Below are positions 56,429-64,000 of a stretch of DNA of 64,000 bases, piece by piece. Within the stretch, counting starts at the first letter, position 1. Each line of letters starts with the position of its first letter. The translations under genes were made by a program, and so were the position numbers. The notes beneath the pieces are model-generated. The model was not told where the DNA came from. It was given only the letters and a program-made list of their open reading frames with translations, and did no database searches. Source of the DNA: a virus (taxonomy: Duplodnaviria; Heunggongvirae; Uroviricota; Caudoviricetes); IMG/VR virus record IMGVR_UViG_3300022660_003821; one strand, 5' to 3'.

Positions 56429-57208
56429 ATGGCAGCACCAAAAGAAGAGAATCCAATTCTCGTAGCATTCACTTTAGACTTTGAGACTGGTGGGTTAAAA
56501 TGTCAAACATCAGCCTGCACCCAGATTGCAATTCATGCAACTCGTTTGGACACATTTGAACGTCTCGGTTCGTATGTGAAATATATTTATCCATACAACC
56601 AAAAAGAAATCAAAGGCGTTACTGCAAAACGCAAAGTGCTTAAAAACAAACATGACATTGAAGAAGAGAAGCCTATGGATTACGAATCAAAGGCTCTGGA
56701 ATATTCCGCTATTACTATGGACATGCTCTATAATATGGGTGTGGATATTGTAACGGTAGCAAATGAGGTGGTCCAATTTATTGCCGACCATACTCCTAAA
56801 ACTCCAAAGAATATGAAACCGTTTCTAATCGGACAGAATGTTGATTTTGATAAAGGTTTCTTTATGCAAATGATGGAATATGCTGGTCTTGTCAAAGAAG
56901 TTTCCAAACATCTTAGAGGACACGAAGACTTCTATGGGCATTGGCAACCAGATGTGCTTGACACAATAATTTTAGGACAGTTGGCGATGTGTGCGACCCC
57001 AAATACATCATCATATAAACTTGAATTGATGTGCGAAAGACTTGGTGTTGAACTCGATGATGCTCACGATGCAGACGCGGACGTTTCGGCAACTACCAAT
57101 GTTGTCGCAGTTCTCACACAAAGAATGAGAAGTGTTGGTGGTGTTATTGAGGGTGGCGAAATTGCAATGACTAAAACAGAAAAAAGTAGGAAACATTTTA
57201 AGATATAA
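56429..57208 (+). CDS. DEDD-family 3'-5' exonuclease (DnaQ-like)
   Basis: Exo I LDFETGG, with acidic motifs near FDKGF and H..DADAD. Confidence 0.6.
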   Translation: MAAPKEENPILVAFTLDFETGGLKCQTSACTQIAIHATRLDTFERLGSYVKYIYPYNQKEIKGVTAKRKVLKNKHDIEEEKPMDYESKALEYSAITMDMLYNMGVDIVTVANEVVQFIADHTPKTPKNMKPFLIGQNVDFDKGFFMQMMEYAGLVKEVSKHLRGHEDFYGHWQPDVLDTIILGQLAMCATPNTSSYKLELMCERLGVELDDAHDADADVSATTNVVAVLTQRMRSVGGVIEGGEIAMTKTEKSRKHFKI

Positions 57209-57212
57209 GGAT

Positions 57213-57473
57213 ATGGCAGAAGAAACAGTACAAACGGTTGATGAACCACGTGTAGAGTTTAAGATGATTTCGGACAGATCGGTGTGTAAAATAGTCAACG
57301 AAGACATCAATAAAACACTGGTAGAAATATCTGGATATGACCTGCAAATCAACTTCAATATGGAGTATCTAAACAGTATTGAAGACGTTGAAGCAGCGGT
57401 TACTGGAATCGGCAACTTGTTCAGAGATGTCATTATGGAGAAATTGCTTGAACATAAAAAACAAAATGAGTAG
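57213..57473 (+). CDS. hypothetical protein
   Basis: ORF. Confidence 0.45.
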   Translation: MAEETVQTVDEPRVEFKMISDRSVCKIVNEDINKTLVEISGYDLQINFNMEYLNSIEDVEAAVTGIGNLFRDVIMEKLLEHKKQNE

Positions 57474-57496
57474 AATATCTCTATTCATATTAAACA

Positions 57497-57524
57497 AAAG
57501 CCCTGTTTTGCAGGGCTTTTTAAC
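57497..57524 (+). terminator. rho-independent terminator
   Basis: AGCCCTG-TTTTG-CAGGGCT followed by TTTTAAC. Confidence 0.75.
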
Positions 57525-57534
57525 TAAATAAGTA

Positions 57535-58008
57535 ATGGACTCAAAATTAACCGAAAATGAAATTTTGTTTTGTGAGCTGTACGTAAATGGTAGTGCGCCA
57601 TACGCCGGCAACGCTGCAAAGTGTTATTCTGAGGTTTTCAAATGTGACTCTAAACATACAAAGCATTTAGCTAAAACCCTCTTAATGCGTGAGGACATCC
57701 AGGCGTATCTAAAAGAACTGGAGGATATGACGTATGAGGAGGCTAAATATATGAAGAAATTTCTAACCGAGAATCTTGTTCACATTATAGAAGAAACCTC
57801 TACAGCGGAATATCGAGATAGACGCGGCACAAGGCTCTCTCCAGCTCCATTAAGAAGTGTGGCCGTTAGTGCAACTAAAGCATTGATGGAAATGTACCCA
57901 GTAAAAGAAGCGCAAGTTAGTAAGTTGAACATTGAAGGTGGTGGTGAAGGCGGTATCACATTCAATGTAATTGTACCTGAACAGTCTAAACCAGAATCTA
58001 ACTCTTAA
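57535..58008 (+). CDS. terminase small subunit
   Basis: FCELYVNGSAPYAGNAAKCYSEVF resembles the helix-turn-helix segment of phage small terminases (F..Y...NATQAAIRAGYS). Confidence 0.55.
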   Translation: MDSKLTENEILFCELYVNGSAPYAGNAAKCYSEVFKCDSKHTKHLAKTLLMREDIQAYLKELEDMTYEEAKYMKKFLTENLVHIIEETSTAEYRDRRGTRLSPAPLRSVAVSATKALMEMYPVKEAQVSKLNIEGGGEGGITFNVIVPEQSKPESNS

Positions 58009-58016
58009 CAACTTTA

Positions 58017-58370
58017 ATGCTTGAACAAATAATCACTGCCTTGGTTGGCATGGTGTGTGGAAATATCATGATGTTTTTATTGCTTCCTCAGAAACGTAAA
58101 TCTGAAGATCTAAAAAATGAAGCTCAAAATATTGAAAACGAAGCCAAACAGTCCGATGAATGGCATAAGTTGTATGAAGAGGCTCATAACGAGAATAAAG
58201 AACTAAACAAAAAAATTGATTCATTGTATGTTGATGTAGCAAAACATAGAGATGAAAAGGCTCAATTACATATTCAGATAACAGAACTTAGTGTGGAAAA
58301 CACTCGTTTGAAAATCTTGAAATGTGAAAAGCCATCTTGTCCTCACCGTCAACCGCCTACTGGCTATTAA
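58017..58370 (+). CDS. membrane and coiled-coil protein; holin or spanin candidate
   Basis: N-terminal transmembrane helix followed by a coiled coil; sits upstream of an amidase. Confidence 0.4.
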   Translation: MLEQIITALVGMVCGNIMMFLLLPQKRKSEDLKNEAQNIENEAKQSDEWHKLYEEAHNENKELNKKIDSLYVDVAKHRDEKAQLHIQITELSVENTRLKILKCEKPSCPHRQPPTGY

Positions 58371-58371
58371 T

Positions 58372-58578
58372 ATGAAGAACGGACAAACCATATATATCAT
58401 ACCCTCTGTTGCATTGACAGAAATGAAAATGGAGGGGTTAATTGGAAGAAGCGCAAAGGTAAGTGAAATCATTAAACGCACAGACGGTTCCATTAGAGGC
58501 TGCTGGGCTGTTCTTGATGGTTCCCCGTATGAGGGCGAACAAGAATGGTATTTACCTTTCAGTTCTTTCGTTGAATGA
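58372..58578 (+). CDS. small hypothetical protein
   Basis: Internal start of ORF 58324..58578, immediately after the upstream stop. Confidence 0.35.
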   Translation: MKNGQTIYIIPSVALTEMKMEGLIGRSAKVSEIIKRTDGSIRGCWAVLDGSPYEGEQEWYLPFSSFVE

Positions 58579-59069
58579 ATAAGATTGACTCTATTATAAT
58601 TCACTGCTCAGCCACTAAAGAAGGAGTGAATTTCAAAGCTAAAGATATTGATAGAATGCACAAGCAACGTGGATTCAATCAAATCGGCTATCATTACGTA
58701 ATTGATTTAGATGGTACCATAGAACCAGGCAGACCACTTAATAAATATGGTGCTCACTGCAACACAAAAGGTTTCTCTGGTCAATCATATAATAAGCACA
58801 GTATCGGTATTTGCTATATTGGTGGACTGGACTCAAATGGTAAACCGGCAGATACACGAACTGAAGCGCAAAAACAGGCTCTACATAACTTAGTATCTGA
58901 GATTTGTCAAAAGTATCAAATCTTTGAAATACTTGGGCATAGAGATACCTCACCAGATTCTGATGGAGACGGAGAGGTCGAGCCAGCAGAGTGGATTAAA
59001 TCATGCCCTTGTTTTGATGTAGGAGCTGAGTTCCCTAATTTCTTAAAGACAGTTGTTGTTCATCCATGA
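58575..59069 (+). CDS. N-acetylmuramoyl-L-alanine amidase (Amidase_2/PGRP-type endolysin)
   Basis: IIHCSAT, GYHYVI and HRD motifs. Confidence 0.7.
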   Translation: MNKIDSIIIHCSATKEGVNFKAKDIDRMHKQRGFNQIGYHYVIDLDGTIEPGRPLNKYGAHCNTKGFSGQSYNKHSIGICYIGGLDSNGKPADTRTEAQKQALHNLVSEICQKYQIFEILGHRDTSPDSDGDGEVEPAEWIKSCPCFDVGAEFPNFLKTVVVHP

Positions 59070-59584
59070 AAAAGTTACCTTGGATTTTAGTTGTGATTTT
59101 GTCAGTTGCATTGATGTTTTCTATAAACAAAAATGTGCAACTGACAAATTATAGTAATGTGTACACAGATACTTTAACGGTAAGAGACACTATCCCCTAT
59201 CCAGTGCCTGTGCCACGAGACAGCGTTGTACTGCGTTATCGGTATGTTACTATACCAACCACTCCCGAAACGCCTGACTCAACGAAAACAGAGGATAAGC
59301 AACCAGAAATACAAGTTGTAGAATCTACGCCTGACTCAACGAAATTATCTATACCAATAACCCAGCGAAAATATGAAACGGAATCTTTTACTGCGTGGGT
59401 AAGTGGTTATAATCCTCAATTAGATAGTTGCTGGGTATATCCTAAAACAACAACCATAACAAAAGTACAAAAATTAAATACTGGCCGTTGGGGTCTGGGT
59501 GTGCAAGTTGGTATGGGTGTATGTGGTAATAAGGTCAGCCCTTATATTGGAGTTGGTGTTAGCTATAATTTATTTACTTGGTAA
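59066..59584 (+). CDS. membrane-anchored protein; lysis accessory or spanin candidate
   Basis: N-terminal transmembrane helix; follows the endolysin. Confidence 0.4.
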   Translation: MKKLPWILVVILSVALMFSINKNVQLTNYSNVYTDTLTVRDTIPYPVPVPRDSVVLRYRYVTIPTTPETPDSTKTEDKQPEIQVVESTPDSTKLSIPITQRKYETESFTAWVSGYNPQLDSCWVYPKTTTITKVQKLNTGRWGLGVQVGMGVCGNKVSPYIGVGVSYNLFTW

Positions 59585-59588
59585 TTTT

Positions 59589-59633
59589 AGAGCCTGTCTA
59601 ACAAACTAAAAAGTTAGACAGGCTCTTTATTTA
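59589..59633. terminator. bidirectional rho-independent terminator between convergent operons
   Basis: 14-bp perfect stem AGAGCCTGTCTAAC/GTTAGACAGGCTCT flanked by T/A runs. Confidence 0.75.
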
Positions 59634-59649
59634 TAAACAAGAAAAGAAA

Positions 59650-60678
59650 TTAGATTTGCCAAGGATTTTGGTACGGGTCATAGTCACGCATGAAGGTGGC
59701 GATTGCATATTCCGTAACTGGCTTATGCTCATCATCCAGTTTGCGTGGTATTTGTGGATTTATTTTCATCCTTGCAGCATCTCTTAACCACATGATAGAA
59801 GTCTCATAATCTGTGATACGGGCAGAACTTACGTTGTTTGGTGAAATGAGCTTGTGTAACTCATAAATAGCCAGACGAAGCATGTGTTTCTTTACATTTC
59901 CATTTCTGGGGTCATGCTGACGAATGTTGTAGCCTTCTTTAAGCTCGTCTGCATTGACATCCATCGTAGGAGCATATACCTTATCTTTGTAAACCACATA
60001 TTCTGTTTCTGAGAACTGATATTGGTATTCTGGATCATAGTCTCCGATAAGACCCCAATTATCAGAATCGAATGGGTTCATAGTCCAATCCGCATCATCC
60101 AGTTTCATTAGGGTGTAGAATTTACCTTCCCATTTCACTACATTCCATAACTCGTATTCAAAATTCGCTTGCCATTCATAAGACATCACTTCCTCCCAAG
60201 CATTTATACCGGGTACACGAATATCATTAAAGTCTAATCCGTGTGGTTCAAGACAAATATAGTATGAACCGTTAATATGTACGATGTCACCAGGCTGATA
60301 ATTGCGCAATTGGGAATACTCAATTACTGCGGTTTCATCATATATATAGTCTGTGTATTCTTGCCAATAAACCACATCTGAAGGGGCTTTATAGCCATTG
60401 ATGGAACGCAACGCTTCCCAAACTTTCCCTTCATTATAAAAATGGGCACCTACCGGGTAAATAATTTGAGGATTATACCCCATCAAATTTTTACCGATTG
60501 TCAATACTTTTTCAATTTCATAGTTGTCAATGAGGTATTCAATGATAGATGATTCAGCAGCTTCTTCTGCCTGTGCAAGACGCTCCTCATTGCCTCGAAT
60601 CAGTTGCAATAATGCCTCTTCGGTAATGATGCCGATATAGTCATTGTTGTTAAGAAAACGCTTATACATTATTATCAA
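59650..60678 (-). CDS. hypothetical protein (342 aa), downstream of the large terminase
   Basis: ORF. Confidence 0.5.
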   Translation of the reverse strand: MIIMYKRFLNNNDYIGIITEEALLQLIRGNEERLAQAEEAAESSIIEYLIDNYEIEKVLTIGKNLMGYNPQIIYPVGAHFYNEGKVWEALRSINGYKAPSDVVYWQEYTDYIYDETAVIEYSQLRNYQPGDIVHINGSYYICLEPHGLDFNDIRVPGINAWEEVMSYEWQANFEYELWNVVKWEGKFYTLMKLDDADWTMNPFDSDNWGLIGDYDPEYQYQFSETEYVVYKDKVYAPTMDVNADELKEGYNIRQHDPRNGNVKKHMLRLAIYELHKLISPNNVSSARITDYETSIMWLRDAARMKINPQIPRKLDDEHKPVTEYAIATFMRDYDPYQNPWQI

Positions 60679-62258
60679 AAATTAAAGGTTCCGTAAATTG
60701 GTGTTGCCGTTGTTTCCAATACTTTTCTTGAACTGCGGAATTTGTTCCAGCTTTCATTTATACAAAGACATAACGCATAGTCAAAACAGTCTGACAAGTG
60801 ACCGTACTTCTCATACTTAACGCCTGATTTCGGGTCTGTAACCTTTGACTTATTTTTTGTACCATCTGCATTTTTCTTCTGGTACACCAAGTCTTCTGTA
60901 AATTTGCGACAACGCATATCAATTAATATCTCCCAGCCATCATATCCTTCAAACAGACTATTTATAAACTCCAATCTGGCCACTTGTGGTGGTTGTTTGT
61001 TAAGAAGTTTTTTATGTGCTCTTAATATAGGATTATTCATATTGCTAAGGATAATCGTATAATTGTTCACCCCTTCTTCTGTTTGGGTAGAACGAGCTAA
61101 ACCTGCCGGGTCTCCAGTAATTAATAGACCTCCCGTATGTTTTTCGGTTAAATACTTGTCTTTAACCTTTTGAGATAGTTTAGGAGTATTATTGTCCTTG
61201 TTCTCTGGTTTGCCAAGTATCTCTTCCAATACATATATTTTCTTTTTGTCATAATCAATCTGGAGTGATAGCGTACTCATAAATGGAGATACGTTAAAGT
61301 CCCAGCTACTGACAATTGGCTTTAGAGGATTATATACCTTCTCTTTTAAGTTGGAAACAAGATGTTTCTCTCCATCAAAAGAGCTATATGCTGCCATAAT
61401 ATTAGTATCAACGAAATCCCAGTTGCCATACAATAAGCGTTCACGTGTCGCGCGATCTCTAATCTTATTAAGAGACGCTTCGTATGTTTGACGGAATTTA
61501 ATATCTGGGTTATCAAATATACTAAATGGTACGTATGCTTCGCCTTCTTTACATACAATTGGATTTCCTTCATCATCTTGAACGAATCTGGAACGTACCC
61601 ATGTGATACAGGGGTTAGTAGACATAAACATACGCGGAGTTTTGAAAGTCTCGTGCGTTCTCCAACGAAGACGAGAAAACAAGACTTCTATTGCGCGTTC
61701 TGAAATTTCTGACACCTCGTCTACAAATGCAATTGTGTATTCGGATGAACCAAAACGCTCGAAATTAGGGTCAGATGGTAAGTCCACCATTTCTTTCAAT
61801 AGAATCACTGAATCATTCCAGAAAGTCACAGTGCCCTCCAGGTTATTGATTTTATAGTTAATTCCTTCTTTGAGACCCCATGTTTTTAGAATTGTCTTAA
61901 TAGTATTAAATGTAGACTCCTTTAATGACTTGATTGTTTTACGGGCAACTACTGCGCGGATGTTTTCAAATCGAATACAACTGCTAATAATCCAACAACT
62001 GCCTAAATATGATTTACCACCACCAGCAGCTCCACCACCAAGAATAAGCTGAGGCAAATCCTGGGATTGACATTTATTACATTGTGGTTTATATTGCGCA
62101 TTGCCTTTAGCGTCATATCCAATCAAAACCTGTTCAATCTGGCCGCCACAATGAGGACAATAATCAGGTTGCAACAATTTCCAAAGTTCATATTGCTTAG
62201 GAGATGGTTGCAAATTGATTACAAGATTTTTTGGAGCCTTTAATACGCCGTATGCCAT
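60675..62258 (-). CDS. terminase large subunit with an N-terminal zinc ribbon
   Basis: Walker A GGGAAGGGKS, Walker B IAFVDEVSE, and a C-terminal nuclease-like region. Confidence 0.75.
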   Translation of the reverse strand: MAYGVLKAPKNLVINLQPSPKQYELWKLLQPDYCPHCGGQIEQVLIGYDAKGNAQYKPQCNKCQSQDLPQLILGGGAAGGGKSYLGSCWIISSCIRFENIRAVVARKTIKSLKESTFNTIKTILKTWGLKEGINYKINNLEGTVTFWNDSVILLKEMVDLPSDPNFERFGSSEYTIAFVDEVSEISERAIEVLFSRLRWRTHETFKTPRMFMSTNPCITWVRSRFVQDDEGNPIVCKEGEAYVPFSIFDNPDIKFRQTYEASLNKIRDRATRERLLYGNWDFVDTNIMAAYSSFDGEKHLVSNLKEKVYNPLKPIVSSWDFNVSPFMSTLSLQIDYDKKKIYVLEEILGKPENKDNNTPKLSQKVKDKYLTEKHTGGLLITGDPAGLARSTQTEEGVNNYTIILSNMNNPILRAHKKLLNKQPPQVARLEFINSLFEGYDGWEILIDMRCRKFTEDLVYQKKNADGTKNKSKVTDPKSGVKYEKYGHLSDCFDYALCLCINESWNKFRSSRKVLETTATPIYGTFNF

Positions 62259-62323
62259 TAATTAAAGAAAAAGACGCACCATTGGAAGGCACGTCTTGAT
62301 TATATAGTTACGAAACAAGATAT

Positions 62324-62650
62324 TTACGCATTTGCTGCGTTATAGATTTTCTCGACTGTTGCCCATAGGTCATCTGGATAAGCAGACTCTGCAAGGGCTT
62401 CGCAGGATTTCTTCAGGTAATCAATTTCTTGCTTGCTGAACTCAACAACCAATGGCTGTTCCATGTCCTTCTTGCTATCCCAAGTTACCTTACCGGCCTG
62501 CTGGTCTTCTACAATCGCATACTCATCTTTATCCTTTTCAGTGAGAGCGACCTTCTTGATAATCTCACGTTTCAAATTGTATTCCATAAACGAGTTCTGC
62601 GCTGGCAGAAGCTGTGGAATGTAGATTCTGTCCTTAATGTGTAGTTCCAT
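62324..62650 (-). CDS. hypothetical protein
   Basis: ORF. Confidence 0.45.
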   Translation of the reverse strand: MELHIKDRIYIPQLLPAQNSFMEYNLKREIIKKVALTEKDKDEYAIVEDQQAGKVTWDSKKDMEQPLVVEFSKQEIDYLKKSCEALAESAYPDDLWATVEKIYNAANA

Positions 62651-62722
62651 ATTGTTATTCTTTTATCGTTTTAATAAGAATAGGAAACATACGATGATAG
62701 GGTTTATAAAGTCTCTCACTTT

Positions 62723-64000
62723 TTACATTGCAGCCTTCATAAAAGCCATCTGTAGTTTCTGCTGATTGATTATACTATCACCATTGTAGTAATGCTCCTG
62801 AATCATCTCTATGCTCGTTCCAGCGGCCATTGCAACGTATGAGATAGGCAAACCGCTATCTAAGGCTACGGTAATGGCTGTATGGCGAAATACATAAGCA
62901 TATAAGCTGTAATCCAATCCCAGTTCTTTCCCTACACACTTCAACCATATATTAAGTTTCTCGCGGAACTTCTTGAATAAATAGTCGGCTGTTGTGTATG
63001 CCGCTTCTTTCTTGTCATCCATAATCGGGAACACATATCCATCAACCGTTTGCCCCTTATACTTCGCTATGATATTTGCCATTGCTGGAGATACCGGCAC
63101 TTCTACAGGCTGATGGGTCTTCTTTCGTTTTACACGGATTGTATTGGCTCTGGTGATGTCTGAATACTTCAGCTTGATTACATCACAAGGCGCGAAGAAG
63201 GAATGGAACATGAATACGCAAAAGTCATGATACAGTTCAACTTGTTTGCGGTCCTTATATGTAGGTGTAAAAGTTTTCAAATCCGCATTAAGGAATTGCT
63301 TCAGTTGCTCGGTTGTAAGCACATCGGGCTTCCTGTCATCGACACAATGCTTTTTCGGATTGTAATCGGCAAATACAAAGTCTCCTATCTGGGTAAGAGA
63401 AAACGGGACCTCATGGTCCTTACTTGCTTTGCCCAGTACATTCCTGAAAGCCTTGGTTGTGCCTTTATAGCCGTCATATTTAGCAAACGTATGAGCCAGT
63501 CGCACACAAGTCTTGTAATCGAGTAACTGGAAGGTTAATGACGAGAAGCCTTTGATGATTTTGCGACACTTGCTCAGTAGCTTGGAGTACGTCTCAAAAT
63601 TACAGCCTTGTTTCGCCTTCTCGCGCACGATAATCTCTTCCAGGTATTTCTCCACAAAGTTGAACTCCAAAGCCTCTGTAGTCTCTTCTGTTGGCTTCTG
63701 AGGGGCAATGGTGCCGACCTGTTTGATAGGCTGGAAGTATGATGCCACCTGTCGCGCAGTAAGTTCGGGGTGTTCAAACAGCAGCTTTGTATAGGTACTC
63801 TTGAACTCCTCCAGTGCCTTATTATTCTCGGAATAGGAAACAGCATTGGCAGAGAATCGCTCTTTATCAGCGTTCCAATGCTTTGCCAGATTCGGACTGC
63901 CGGTCAAAAGATGTTTGACGGACTTATAATATCTCTCTTTTCCCTCACTTATTCTTAGGACGAGGGAATTGTCCTTAATAATGAATTTTAGCTTCACCAT
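62723..64000 (-). CDS. tyrosine-type site-specific integrase
   Basis: C-terminal catalytic region YAYVFRHTAIT..EHYY; Bacteroidetes-type integrase architecture. Confidence 0.75.
   Translation of the reverse strand: MVKLKFIIKDNSLVLRISEGKERYYKSVKHLLTGSPNLAKHWNADKERFSANAVSYSENNKALEEFKSTYTKLLFEHPELTARQVASYFQPIKQVGTIAPQKPTEETTEALEFNFVEKYLEEIIVREKAKQGCNFETYSKLLSKCRKIIKGFSSLTFQLLDYKTCVRLAHTFAKYDGYKGTTKAFRNVLGKASKDHEVPFSLTQIGDFVFADYNPKKHCVDDRKPDVLTTEQLKQFLNADLKTFTPTYKDRKQVELYHDFCVFMFHSFFAPCDVIKLKYSDITRANTIRVKRKKTHQPVEVPVSPAMANIIAKYKGQTVDGYVFPIMDDKKEAAYTTADYLFKKFREKLNIWLKCVGKELGLDYSLYAYVFRHTAITVALDSGLPISYVAMAAGTSIEMIQEHYYNGDSIINQQKLQMAFMKAAM

Overview
The window is an AT-rich (pro)phage genome segment of the kind found in Bacteroidales hosts. 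The host call rests on TTTG/TAnnTTTG-type promoter motifs, a tyrosine integrase at the right edge, and phage-style rho-independent terminators. It is plus-strand dominated. The right half (37-59 kb) is a large-phage DNA metabolism block: class III anaerobic ribonucleotide reductase NrdD/NrdG, a gp32-like single-stranded DNA-binding protein, Mre11/Rad50-like nuclease and ATPase, a RuvC-like resolvase, a sigma factor, a DnaB-like helicase, a DnaG-like primase, a two-piece DnaE (Pol III alpha) with a Pif1-family helicase gene between the pieces, a guanylate-kinase-like kinase, and a DEDD exonuclease. After that come a small terminase, a lysis cassette, a convergent large terminase, and the integrase. 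The middle section carries accessory genes: C5-cytosine and Dam-like methyltransferases, an Rnl2-like RNA ligase, an MFS transporter, RNase H, an HNH endonuclease, an SPFH-domain lipoprotein, and an array of at least 12 tRNA genes with several atypical members. The left third is the most unusual part. A long ORF contains exact 20-bp iterons. A GC-rich island (about 2.8-6.5 kb) has a roughly 1.1-kb array of about 45 GTGG-N-CCA(C) half-palindromic motifs with no credible CDS. An orphan reverse transcriptase (11826..13100) is followed by a 1.4-kb ORF-free, strongly structured region built from degenerate 170-190-bp tandem repeats and long perfect hairpins. My top candidate for an undescribed system is the reverse transcriptase plus its downstream structured repeat region, as a possible RT with cognate non-coding RNA. 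The GTGG-motif island and the fractured DnaE with degenerate split-intein-like termini come next. All calls are from reading the sequence; no database searches were run.
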